A DNA stretch of 48,636 nucleotides. Source: Kiritimatiellia bacterium. GTDB lineage: Bacteria; Verrucomicrobiota; Kiritimatiellia; RFP12; JAAYLN01. The notes below the pieces were generated by a model, which was given only the letters and a program-made list of their open reading frames with translations, was not told the DNA's origin and made no database searches. Below, in pieces: positions 9,127 through 18,920 of this stretch (the first letter of the stretch is position 1; every line of letters starts with the position of its first letter). The DNA lies in the NCBI GenBank assembly GCA_017458965.1, contig JAFSZJ010000048.1, forward strand, positions 1-48,636, read 5' to 3'. Both the position numbers and the translations under genes were made by a program.

Positions 9127-10989
9127 ATGGTTGACAATGGGCATAGCACCACGCCGCGGCGACGAATGTCGGCGGACATTTCGCCGTGGGCCGTCGTCGC
9201 GTTGGCGATTGACGCCACCTTGCTTGCATCAGCGATGATTGCGGCCTATGCGCTTCGCTTCAACTTCGCCATACCGACGAACCATGTGCATCGTCTTGCC
9301 CTCATATTGCCCGCCTCGGTCCTGATTGAGCTTGCGTCGCTTTGGATATGCGGATGCCGGCGCGTAGTATGGCGCTACTTCTCCATTGCCGACGTGCCTC
9401 GTTTCACCATCGCAACCGCCATGTCGCTTGCGGCGTTCCTCCTGATGCGCATCCCGGGCAGGCCTTCGATACCATATCCCCCGATAAGCGTGGCATTCAT
9501 CAACGCCGTGCTGTCGCTCGCCCTTCTCGTAGCCGTTCGCGTCCTGCGCCGCGCCGTCACCGAGAAGCCGGCAGGGGCTGCCCTTCACTCCAAACGGGTC
9601 GTCATCGTCGGCGCGGGGGAAGCCGGGAACTCGCTCCTCTGGGCCTTGCGACATGACAGGTCCTCCGATCGCGAGGTGGTCGGCTTCCTCGAGGACTCAC
9701 CCAGCCGAGCAGGGGCACGGATCCAGGGCGTCGACGTCCTTGGGCCGGTCGCCGACGCGGAGGGGATTTTCGCCCGCGTGCGGCCCGACGAGGTGATAGT
9801 CACTACGCCGCACCTCGCACGCGATCTTGTCCAGCGCCTTTTCGAGCTTTCGGCCAAGGCCGGCGCAAGACTTCTGTTCGCCCCCGACTACACACGCATA
9901 CTCGACGGCATCGCCCATCCAGGCCGCATGCGCGAGGCGGAGATATCCGACATCCTCCGGCGCCCCGAGACAACCCTCAGCGGCGAGGCGGAGAAAATGG
10001 CGTTGCTGTCCGGCAGGCGGGTGATGGTGACGGGCGCAGGCGGATCGATCGGAAGCGAGATCGCCCGTCAGGTCCTTGCGACCGGCCCCGCATCGCTTAT
10101 CCTCGTCGAGCGGTGCGAAAACGCCCTCTTCAACGTCTGCCGGGCCATAGGGGCCGATTCGCAGGGCGGCAAGGTCGTGCCTTGCGTGGCATCCATAACG
10201 GACGAGACCCGGATGCGGCACATCCTCTCCGCCCATCGCCCGGAGATCGTCATCCATGCGGCCGCCCACAAGCATGTCCCGATGATGGAGGAGAATGTCT
10301 GCGAGGCGATATCCAACAATGTCCTGGGGACCGCCCTGCTTTGCCGGCTATCGGAGGAGGCCGGCGTCAAGCGCTTCGTCCTGCTCTCCACCGACAAGGC
10401 CGTCAGACCGTCGTCCGTGATGGGCGCTACCAAGCGGATGTGCGAGTTCACCATCGCGTCACGTTCCAGCGCAACGGTTTTCTGCGCGGTCCGCTTCGGC
10501 AACGTGCTCGGCGCTTCGGGTTCTGTCGTTCCGATATTCCGCGAGCAGATCGCGGCCGGAGGTCCAGTAACCGTCACGCATCCTGACATGACGCGCTACT
10601 TCATGACGATCCAGGAAGCGGTCCATCTCACCCTTGAGGCGGCCTCGTACGCCAAGGGCGGCGAGGTCTTCATCCTCGACATGGGCGAGCCTGTCCGCAT
10701 CGTGAATCTCGCGGAGGACATGATACGCCTTTCGGGGCATGTCCCTGGCGCCGACATCGCCATCGCCTTCTCTGGTGTCCGCAAAGGCGAGAAGATGTCC
10801 GAGGAGTTGTCTCTGGCGAGCGAGAACGTCTCCCCGACCCGCCACCCGCAGATATCCTGCGGACGCCTTGCGTCCCTTGACGCTGGGAAGCTCGCCGGCC
10901 ATCTGGAGACACTCGCCTCGACTGCCGCCGCCGGCGATGACGACGCCGCACGCTCGCTTCTAATGCGTATCGTCAAGGAGGACGCATAG
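9127..10989 (+). CDS. membrane-bound nucleotide-sugar 4,6-dehydratase/epimerase (CapD/PglF/WbpM family)
   Basis: 620 aa with 4 N-terminal TM helices, Rossmann motifs VVIVGAGEAGN and VMVTGAGGSIGSE, and catalytic region STDKAVRPSSVMGATKR. An alternative in-frame ATG lies at 9166. Confidence 0.9.
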   Translation: MVDNGHSTTPRRRMSADISPWAVVALAIDATLLASAMIAAYALRFNFAIPTNHVHRLALILPASVLIELASLWICGCRRVVWRYFSIADVPRFTIATAMSLAAFLLMRIPGRPSIPYPPISVAFINAVLSLALLVAVRVLRRAVTEKPAGAALHSKRVVIVGAGEAGNSLLWALRHDRSSDREVVGFLEDSPSRAGARIQGVDVLGPVADAEGIFARVRPDEVIVTTPHLARDLVQRLFELSAKAGARLLFAPDYTRILDGIAHPGRMREAEISDILRRPETTLSGEAEKMALLSGRRVMVTGAGGSIGSEIARQVLATGPASLILVERCENALFNVCRAIGADSQGGKVVPCVASITDETRMRHILSAHRPEIVIHAAAHKHVPMMEENVCEAISNNVLGTALLCRLSEEAGVKRFVLLSTDKAVRPSSVMGATKRMCEFTIASRSSATVFCAVRFGNVLGASGSVVPIFREQIAAGGPVTVTHPDMTRYFMTIQEAVHLTLEAASYAKGGEVFILDMGEPVRIVNLAEDMIRLSGHVPGADIAIAFSGVRKGEKMSEELSLASENVSPTRHPQISCGRLASLDAGKLAGHLETLASTAAAGDDDAARSLLMRIVKEDA

Positions 10990-10992
10990 GCC

Positions 10993-12699
10993 ATGGCCGC
11001 GACCACGGACAGCAGGTTCGGCATGACCAGGGCTGGCTGGATTCGGGTCGCGCAGATCGCGGTTTTCGCCATCTCCTTCGCCATCCTCCTGCATCTTTCG
11101 CGCGAGGTCCTGTCATGGATGGCCTACACCTTCCGCGAGCCGCGCGAGGACATGGCCCACGGCTTTCTTATACCGTTCTTCTCGCTTTGGCTCCTACTGC
11201 GACGGCGCAGGGAACTTGCCGCCTCCGTGGGGAAGCCCTCCATCATCGGGATGCTTTGCGTGGCGGTGGGACTCATCCTCTTCTGGACGGGTGTGCGCGG
11301 CGACCAGATCCGCGTGACGCATCTGGCCTCGATATGGACTCTTTGGAGCCTCTCATACGCCATATTCGGGCGTGCCACAGCCCGCCTAGCCGCATTCCCC
11401 TGCGTGTATCTTCTTTTCACGGTCCCGCTCTCGTTCCTGGATCTCTTCACGGTGAAGCTGCGCTTCGTCGCCTCCGTGGCCGCATCATCGTTGCTCAACG
11501 GCGTTGGCATCCCGGTCGAGCGCGTCGGGACAGGTCTTCACTGCCTATCCGGCGAGGGATTCAACCTGGACATCGCGGATCCCTGCAGCGGACTTCGCTC
11601 CATATTCGCCATAACGGCGCTCGCCGCCGCCTATGCCTATGTCACGCAACGCACGCTGCTCCGGAAATGGGCGCTTTTCCTTTGCTCCGTACCTATAGCC
11701 GTGATTGGCAACATCGCGCGCATTTTCTCGATAGCCTTCGTCGCGCGCTTCTTCGGGCAACAGGCGGCCACTGGCTTCTACCATGATTACTCAGGCTATG
11801 TGATCTTCCTCTTCGGCATTCTTCTCCTCGAACGCGCCGGCACACTCATAAACCGCCTCGGCACAAAATCCACTCCCCCACTCCCCACCTCCGCCACCCC
11901 TTCCCTCCCCCACTCCTCCACTCCTCCACTCCCCAACTCCTCCACTCCTCATCTCCTCCACTCCCTTCTCCTCGCCGTCCCGGTGATCATGCTTCTCGCT
12001 GCGGACAACGCCATACGGAAGATGCCGCCGCTTAAACCTGAGGGTATTGGCTTCATCGCCGCGAGCCTGCCTCCGCTTCCGGACTACCGTCCCAGATATC
12101 CTTGGTATTGCCAGAACGAGCAATGCGGCGCAATAGTGGAGTCGGATTCGCCGATGGAAGGCCCACGGACATGCCCTAAATGCGGAACGGCCATGGACGC
12201 GGTGTCCGTGGCCGAACGAACCGTGCTTCCGCCGGACACCTCGTTCCGCAAGTGCAACTACTATGACGCCATGGGGGATGTCTTCCGCGTAACCGTCGTC
12301 ATCAACGGCAATTCCCGCCAGAGCATCCATCGTCCGGAGATATGCCTGCCGGCACAGGGCTTCTCGATGGAGAACAGCCGCGTGGAGCATTTCCAGCTCG
12401 CGGACGGAGGATCGCTGCCGATGCATTGCGTCGATCTGAGGCGACGCGACTCCACTTCCGCCAACCGCATGGGACAGGGGTATTTCTTCGCAAGCGCGCG
12501 CAACCGGGTCGGCACCCATTACGCGCGCATGTTCCTCAACATCCGGGACCGGGCGCTGCTTGGCGTGGTGACGCGCTGGGCAATGGTCACCGTCTTCTGC
12601 GAGGAGCCTCTTGCATCGCCCCCGGAGCGCCGTGCGGCGACAGAACGCTTCGTCTCCCAGCTTGAACAGGCCCTTTTCCACCAGGAGGAAACACGATGA
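10993..12699 (+). CDS. exosortase fused to an EpsI-family domain, with an inserted Cys4 ribbon
   Basis: 568 aa. Polytopic core with catalytic Cys in DPCSGLRS, Arg in GNIARI and His in FYHDYSG. This is followed by an S/T/P linker, an extra TM helix, YCQNEQCG-X-CPKCG (12109-12183), and the EpsI block SIHRPEICLPAQGF. There is a 3-nt gap after the upstream stop and an ATGA overlap with the next gene. Confidence 0.85.
   Translation: MAATTDSRFGMTRAGWIRVAQIAVFAISFAILLHLSREVLSWMAYTFREPREDMAHGFLIPFFSLWLLLRRRRELAASVGKPSIIGMLCVAVGLILFWTGVRGDQIRVTHLASIWTLWSLSYAIFGRATARLAAFPCVYLLFTVPLSFLDLFTVKLRFVASVAASSLLNGVGIPVERVGTGLHCLSGEGFNLDIADPCSGLRSIFAITALAAAYAYVTQRTLLRKWALFLCSVPIAVIGNIARIFSIAFVARFFGQQAATGFYHDYSGYVIFLFGILLLERAGTLINRLGTKSTPPLPTSATPSLPHSSTPPLPNSSTPHLLHSLLLAVPVIMLLAADNAIRKMPPLKPEGIGFIAASLPPLPDYRPRYPWYCQNEQCGAIVESDSPMEGPRTCPKCGTAMDAVSVAERTVLPPDTSFRKCNYYDAMGDVFRVTVVINGNSRQSIHRPEICLPAQGFSMENSRVEHFQLADGGSLPMHCVDLRRRDSTSANRMGQGYFFASARNRVGTHYARMFLNIRDRALLGVVTRWAMVTVFCEEPLASPPERRAATERFVSQLEQALFHQEETR
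11869..11973 (+). repeat. G-depleted C/T-rich low-complexity tract (one G in about 105 nt) with reiterated cactcc(t/c)cc units
   Basis: Read directly from the sequence. It encodes the linker STPPLPTSATPSLPHSSTPPLPNSSTPHLLHS between the exosortase and EpsI modules. Confidence 0.8.
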
Positions 12700-14618
12700 G
12701 CTTTTCCTCGCCATGGTTGCTATTGCTTCTTTTCGCCACGTCTGCGCTCGCGGTCCTGATCCTCGTGCCGCCCCTTCGCGCCATGCTCGTGAAACTGGGC
12801 ATTGTCGACCAGCCAAGCGCACGGCGGATAAACAGGAAGCCTATTCCGCGCGGTGGCGGTCTTTCGATATTCGTGGCGTTCCTCGCGGCCGCAGCCGCAT
12901 GGCATGCGGCGACCGGGCTCTACTCCCCGTGGCTCTCGGCGGCGCAGTATGGCATGTTCGTAAAGGCGGCGTGCGTGATCGTGGTCGTGGGAGTGCTCGA
13001 TGACGCGCTTGATCTTAAGCCTCTACTGAAGCTCGCTGGGCAGATAGTCGCCGCACTCATGCTCTACGAGGCCGGCATGTCTATAGAGAACGCCATCTGG
13101 CTCGACGTCCCGCCGATTGTTGACCTTGGGCTGACGCTCGCCTGGTACATCATCATCATAAACGCCTTCAACCTGATCGACGGTATGGACGGCCTCGCAT
13201 CCGGTCTCGCCCTAATTGGCTCGTTCGGCCTGTCGCTTTGCCTTGTGGGGCGCGGTCTTGCAGCCAAGGCTGTCCCGCTCGCCATTCTCGGCGGGGCGTG
13301 TCTTGGCTTTCTCAGGTACAACTTCAACCCCGCCTCGGTCTTCCTTGGAGACTGCGGCTCGATGTTCATTGGCCTGGTTATGGCCACAGTCCCGCTGCTC
13401 ACCGGCGGCAAGACGGCCTTCGTCGCATCCATCCTCTCGCCACTCCTGATCATGGGGGTCCCGCTATTCGACACCGTGCTCGCCATCTGGCGGCGCTCCA
13501 TGCGCGCCGCGATCGCGAACGAGGAAGGAAAGTACGACATCTCTCGCGTGATACGCCCCGACATGGACCATCTCCACCACCGGTTCCTGTCCACCGGCCT
13601 AACGCAGAGACGCGCCGCATGGGCCCTGTACTTCGTCAGCCTCGTAATGGTCGCGGTGGCCGTCGGTGTGTCGCTTTTCTCCGATCGCACCATGGGAATC
13701 GTGCTTGTCGGCGCCCTCATCGTGGTGGCTATCATGGTGCGCCATCTCTCCCGCGTGGAGCTTTGGGATACCGGCCAGGCGTTCCTCTCCATGTACCGGA
13801 CGCCGCGCTTCGCGAAGATGCTCATGCCTATGTACCTTGCGCTCGATCTCGTGTTCATGGTCGCCGCATGGATATTCAGCTTCAGGTTGGCGTTTCCCTC
13901 CGGCGGCGCTATCCGCCTCGTATCCGTGTTCCCGCTTTTCCTTATGTTCACGATGGCGGCGATGCTGGCCACCGGCATATACCGGCGGGTGTGGGGCAAG
14001 GGCGATGCCCGTGATTTCGCCGTTCTCGCGATTTCCCTTTTCGCCGGGTGGCTTGCGGCCGTGTCGTTCGCGATCATCCTCGACATGCGCTATCCCGGAT
14101 TCAACAGGCAAGCCCTGATCTTCCTGTTCCTATCCTCCGTCCCTATCATGACGATGCGCGGCATCCGCATCCTCGTGGCGCACTTCCTCGAGGCGTCGGA
14201 AACGATCAGGCTGTCATCGTCACCGACCGCGATCCGCTATGTCGCATACGGGGCCGGAGACAACTTCGCGGCATACGACGCCGCGATGCGCGGCACGATC
14301 ATCGGTCGGCGCGACGGCTTCGTCGCGGCCCTCATCGACGACGATCCAATGCTGCGAGGACGCCTCATGCACGGCCATCGCGTCGTCGGCTCGCTTGACG
14401 ACATCGACCATGTGGTCGCATCATCTGGCGCCACCTGCCTTCTCATCGTCTGCGCCCTCCGCCCGGAGAACCGCGAGCGGGCAATGGCCGCCGCCGCCCG
14501 TCTCGGACTATCCGTTCGCGAATGGCGGTGCTACATCGAGGATGTCCTCTTGCCCGGACAATCAGCCGAAAAATCGAAAACGCCTGCCCAAAGGCGAAGG
14601 AGTCCAACCCGAAAATGA
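12696..14618 (+). CDS. polyprenyl-phosphate HexNAc-1-phosphate transferase (WecA/MraY GT4 family) fused to an extra TM + Rossmann-like C-terminal module
   Basis: 640 aa. The first ~330 aa carry IPRGGGLSIF, VLDDALDLKP, NAFNLIDGMDGLASG, FLGDCGSMFIG and DHLHHR. These are followed by several further TM helices and IRYVAYGAGDNF...VVGSLDDIDHVV...LLIVCAL, which resembles the N-terminal module of WbpM/CapD-type proteins. Confidence 0.85.
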   Translation: MSFSSPWLLLLLFATSALAVLILVPPLRAMLVKLGIVDQPSARRINRKPIPRGGGLSIFVAFLAAAAAWHAATGLYSPWLSAAQYGMFVKAACVIVVVGVLDDALDLKPLLKLAGQIVAALMLYEAGMSIENAIWLDVPPIVDLGLTLAWYIIIINAFNLIDGMDGLASGLALIGSFGLSLCLVGRGLAAKAVPLAILGGACLGFLRYNFNPASVFLGDCGSMFIGLVMATVPLLTGGKTAFVASILSPLLIMGVPLFDTVLAIWRRSMRAAIANEEGKYDISRVIRPDMDHLHHRFLSTGLTQRRAAWALYFVSLVMVAVAVGVSLFSDRTMGIVLVGALIVVAIMVRHLSRVELWDTGQAFLSMYRTPRFAKMLMPMYLALDLVFMVAAWIFSFRLAFPSGGAIRLVSVFPLFLMFTMAAMLATGIYRRVWGKGDARDFAVLAISLFAGWLAAVSFAIILDMRYPGFNRQALIFLFLSSVPIMTMRGIRILVAHFLEASETIRLSSSPTAIRYVAYGAGDNFAAYDAAMRGTIIGRRDGFVAALIDDDPMLRGRLMHGHRVVGSLDDIDHVVASSGATCLLIVCALRPENRERAMAAAARLGLSVREWRCYIEDVLLPGQSAEKSKTPAQRRRSPTRK

Positions 14619-16609
14619 ACCACACCTTAGCAGTTTCCGCACTTCTTGCTACGGCAATGGCGTCATACGCCATTGCCGATGCCGGGATATCCATTGCCCC
14701 TATGTTCTCCACCGGCGCCGTCATCCAGCGCGATGTCGCCGCCCCGGTGTGGGGCTGGGCCGCGCCGGACTCCGCCGTCGAGGTGTGCCTGTCTAGGGAC
14801 GGTGCCGACAAGCCCATCGAAACCGTCAAGGCAACGGCCGACGCCTCCGGGCGCTGGCAGGTCTCCCTCCCCGCCCAACCCGCCGGCGGTCCATACCGGC
14901 TCGACGTGTCCGACCAGTCATCCTCGCTCTGCGCCACGAACATCCTCTTCGGCGATGTCTGGCTCTGCTCCGGCCAGTCCAATATGGATATGAACTACGG
15001 CTGGGGGCTCACCCGCGGCAAAGGCGACATCGAGACGAATTCCTATCCGACCATGCGTCTCTTCGATGACGCCAACGCCATATCGTCAAAGCCCCTCGAC
15101 GCCTTGACGCGGACTGCGAAGTGGACCGCAAGCGACTTCGCCCATTCCCGCTCCTTCTCGGCGTGCGGGTGGTTCTTCGGTCAGGCGCTCGTAAAGGCCA
15201 TGCCGGACATCCCCATCGGCCTGATCGAGGCGAGCTGGAGCGGAACACCGATCAAGACATGGCTTTCCGGCGAGGCGTACTGCGCCGCCGATCCAGAGTG
15301 CAAGAGGCAATACGACACCACGTACTCCGCGATACGAAATTACGAGGAGGAAGGCGGCAAGGAGGACTATGAAAAGCGCTTCGCTTTCTGGACCGCCGAA
15401 AGCAACGCCCGTGGCGACATACAGGCTGAAGGCCCTGACTACGACGATTCGGAATGGAAGACAGTCTCCGTCCCCGTCACCTTCGAGAAGCAGCTTGGCA
15501 AGGATTTCGACGGATGCGTCTGGTACCGCCGCTCGTTCGACCTGACGGCGGAACAGGCCTCGGCGACCAACGCCACGCTCCACCTCGGCGCCATAGATGA
15601 CAAGGACCTCACATACGTCAACGGCGTTTTCGTCGGGTCCAACACCGTCTGGAACGCGAAGCGCGAGTACAAGCTCCCAGCAAGAGTTCTCCGCGAGGGG
15701 CGCAATGTTATTGCCGTCCGCGCGATCGATTTCGGCGGTGGCGGCGGCTTCACGGACAAGGCTGACGAAATACTCATTGCGGCACCAGGCTGGAGCGTCC
15801 CGCTCGCTGGCGAGTGGCGCTCCACCGGATTCGCCTTCGACCCGCGTCCGGTCTCTGGCGCCATTTCGGCATGGACGCCATCCGCATGCTACAACGCCAT
15901 GATCCACCCGCTCTTCCCGATGGCGCTCAAAGGCGCGATCTGGTACCAGGGTTGCTCAGATGTAGGCAACGAGTTTATATACGACAAGGTCTTCCGCGCC
16001 ATGGCCACGGACTGGCGCTCGCACTTCACCCATCCCGACGGGATGCCCATCTATCTCGTCCAACTTGCCGCGTTCCTGCAGACGCATGATGAGCCGGTCG
16101 AGTCGGCGTGGGCCGCCATGCGCTGGACTCAGATGAGGCTCGGTCTGTCGCTGCCAAAGTCCGGGACGGCCGTCGCCATCGACATAGGCCACCATACCGA
16201 CATCCACCCGAAGGACAAGAAGACCGTCGGCGAACGCCTCGCGCGTTTGGCCCTTGTGCGCACTTACGGCGTGAAGGATCTCGTCGAGGCCGGCCCGACG
16301 CCGCGGAACGCGACCTTCGCGGACGGCAAAATAGTCGTCCACTTCAACAACGCCACCGGTCTCAAGACCTCGGACGGCGGGTCTCTCAAGGGCTTCCAGC
16401 TCAAGGTCAAGGACGCCGACTACGCCTGGTGCGATGCCGCCATCGAGGGCGAGACCGTCGTCATCGCCGTCCCTGAAGGCGCCGAGCCCGAAATTGTCCG
16501 CTACGCATGGGACGACTATCCCGTGTGCAACCTCGTCAACGGGGACGACCTCCCGTCCGGTCCCTTCTCCATGAGCCTGCTTGATTTCGATTTCCAGCTG
16601 CGCAAATAA
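14615..16609 (+). CDS. secreted SASA-family carbohydrate O-acetylesterase (sialate O-acetylesterase-like)
   Basis: Start reassigned to ATG 14615 (ATGA overlap with the upstream stop). Signal peptide MNHTLAVSALLATAMASYAIADA. Motifs LFGDVWLCSGQSNMD and IWYQGCSD, plus a galactose-binding-like insert. The substrate cannot be inferred. Confidence 0.85.
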   Translation: MNHTLAVSALLATAMASYAIADAGISIAPMFSTGAVIQRDVAAPVWGWAAPDSAVEVCLSRDGADKPIETVKATADASGRWQVSLPAQPAGGPYRLDVSDQSSSLCATNILFGDVWLCSGQSNMDMNYGWGLTRGKGDIETNSYPTMRLFDDANAISSKPLDALTRTAKWTASDFAHSRSFSACGWFFGQALVKAMPDIPIGLIEASWSGTPIKTWLSGEAYCAADPECKRQYDTTYSAIRNYEEEGGKEDYEKRFAFWTAESNARGDIQAEGPDYDDSEWKTVSVPVTFEKQLGKDFDGCVWYRRSFDLTAEQASATNATLHLGAIDDKDLTYVNGVFVGSNTVWNAKREYKLPARVLREGRNVIAVRAIDFGGGGGFTDKADEILIAAPGWSVPLAGEWRSTGFAFDPRPVSGAISAWTPSACYNAMIHPLFPMALKGAIWYQGCSDVGNEFIYDKVFRAMATDWRSHFTHPDGMPIYLVQLAAFLQTHDEPVESAWAAMRWTQMRLGLSLPKSGTAVAIDIGHHTDIHPKDKKTVGERLARLALVRTYGVKDLVEAGPTPRNATFADGKIVVHFNNATGLKTSDGGSLKGFQLKVKDADYAWCDAAIEGETVVIAVPEGAEPEIVRYAWDDYPVCNLVNGDDLPSGPFSMSLLDFDFQLRK

Positions 16610-16634
16610 GCATCGCCGCATGACGGAGGATAGC

Positions 16635-17843
16635 ATGAAGCGGCTCGTAATCCTTGGATCAACCGGCTCCATCGGCCAGACAACGCTCCGGCTCCTTTCG
16701 TCGAAGTCGGACGAGTGGGAGGTCGTCGGTCTTGCCGCGCGGCGCGACGCCGATGCGCTGTTGCGCGACGCCCAGCGCCTAGGCGTCCGTCACATCGCCC
16801 TCTCCGACGACGAGGCCGCCGCCGCCCTGCGCAAGCGCCTGCCTGACGGCATCACGCTCCACCAAGGCGAGCAGGGCCTCCTTGAACTGGTCTCCCTCGA
16901 TGCCGACGTGGTCGTCTGCGCCACGGTCGGCATGTCGGGTCTAGCACCCGTAATGCGGGCGTTGGAGACCGGCAAAGACATCGCCCTCGCCACCAAGGAG
17001 GTGCTTGTCGCGGCAGGCGAGATCGTCATGCGCGAGCGCGAACGCCTCGGGCGCGTCATAACGCCGATCGACAGCGAGCATAGCGCCATCTTCCAGTGCC
17101 TCCAGTCGGCATCCCGCACGCCGTTCTGTGTCCGGCGCGGCGATGCGGCCGCTTCCGAGGACTCGATCCGCCGCCTGATCCTCACCGCATCTGGTGGTCC
17201 GTTCTTCTTCCGTCCGGAACTTGACTTCGACAAGGTTAAGGTGGAGGACGCCCTTAACCACCCTAAGTGGCGCATGGGGCGCAAGATCACAATCGACTCC
17301 GCCTCGATGATGAACAAGGGCCTCGAGATGATCGAGGCAAGATGGCTTTTCAACGTCCCGCCCGAGCGCATCGACGTCCTGGTCCACCCGGAGAGCATCG
17401 TCCATTCGCTCGTGGAGTTCGTGGACGGCACCCAGCTCGCCGAGCTTTCGCACCCGGACATGACCTACGCGATCAGCTACGCGCTTTCATGGCCGGAGAG
17501 GGAGAGCCGCGACACCTTCGGCTTCAAACCGCCTTTGCTCGACCTTGCCACGGCCGGGACACTCCACTTCCATTCGCCTGACCCCGTTCGTTTCCCCGCG
17601 CTGCGTCTCGCCCGCGAGGCGATCGCCGCCGGCGGTACGGCCACCACCACGCTCAATGGCGCTAACGAGGTGGCCGTCCAGGCCTTCCTTGACGGACGGA
17701 TACGCTTCAGCGACATCTGGCGCATCGTGGAGGATGCGCTTGCCAACTGCTCCTCGACGGCGTCCGCGTCCGATCTCGGCTCGGTGTTCGAGGCCGACAA
17801 GTGTGCCCGCTCCTTTGCCGCGGGACGCATAGCATCCGCTTAG
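16635..17843 (+). CDS. dxr: 1-deoxy-D-xylulose 5-phosphate reductoisomerase
   Basis: ATG 16635 with GGAGGA 4 nt upstream. Motifs LVILGSTGSIGQTTL, DSEHSAIFQC, LTASGGPF and NKGLEMIEA. Confidence 0.93.
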   Translation: MKRLVILGSTGSIGQTTLRLLSSKSDEWEVVGLAARRDADALLRDAQRLGVRHIALSDDEAAAALRKRLPDGITLHQGEQGLLELVSLDADVVVCATVGMSGLAPVMRALETGKDIALATKEVLVAAGEIVMRERERLGRVITPIDSEHSAIFQCLQSASRTPFCVRRGDAAASEDSIRRLILTASGGPFFFRPELDFDKVKVEDALNHPKWRMGRKITIDSASMMNKGLEMIEARWLFNVPPERIDVLVHPESIVHSLVEFVDGTQLAELSHPDMTYAISYALSWPERESRDTFGFKPPLLDLATAGTLHFHSPDPVRFPALRLAREAIAAGGTATTTLNGANEVAVQAFLDGRIRFSDIWRIVEDALANCSSTASASDLGSVFEADKCARSFAAGRIASA

Positions 17844-17846
17844 TTG

Positions 17847-17862
17847 TGGCATGGATTCTGCT
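17847..17862 (+). promoter_or_regulatory. sigma54-type -24/-12 box (TGGCAT-N5-CTGCT) upstream of moxR-DUF58
   Basis: GG-N10-GC spacing is kept. It starts 4 nt after the dxr stop and lies 35 nt upstream of ATG 17898. Flanks (TTGTGG...) resemble the 4808 box. Confidence 0.45.
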
Positions 17863-17897
17863 CATCCCGCCCTTATCAGCAAAGGCAGGATGAAAGA

Positions 17898-18908
<1,011 letters not shown>

Positions 18909-18920
18909 ACGGCTTCGGCG

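Noticed and set aside
11791-14086. 343-aa and 340-aa minus-strand ORFs antisense to the exosortase and WecA-like genes.
   Set aside because: Their composition is low-complexity Arg/Ser/Ala-rich. The plus-strand frames contain the catalytic motifs, so these are shadow ORFs.
15941-15956. Excellent sigma54-like match TGGTAC-caggg-TTGCT inside the esterase gene. Weaker matches lie at 35280-35295 (in the FtsX gene) and 25895-25910 (in the convergent gap).
   Set aside because: The 15941 match is explained by the conserved IWYQGCSD codons. None of the three is positioned 35-46 nt upstream of a start codon. They are kept as examples of the chance background.
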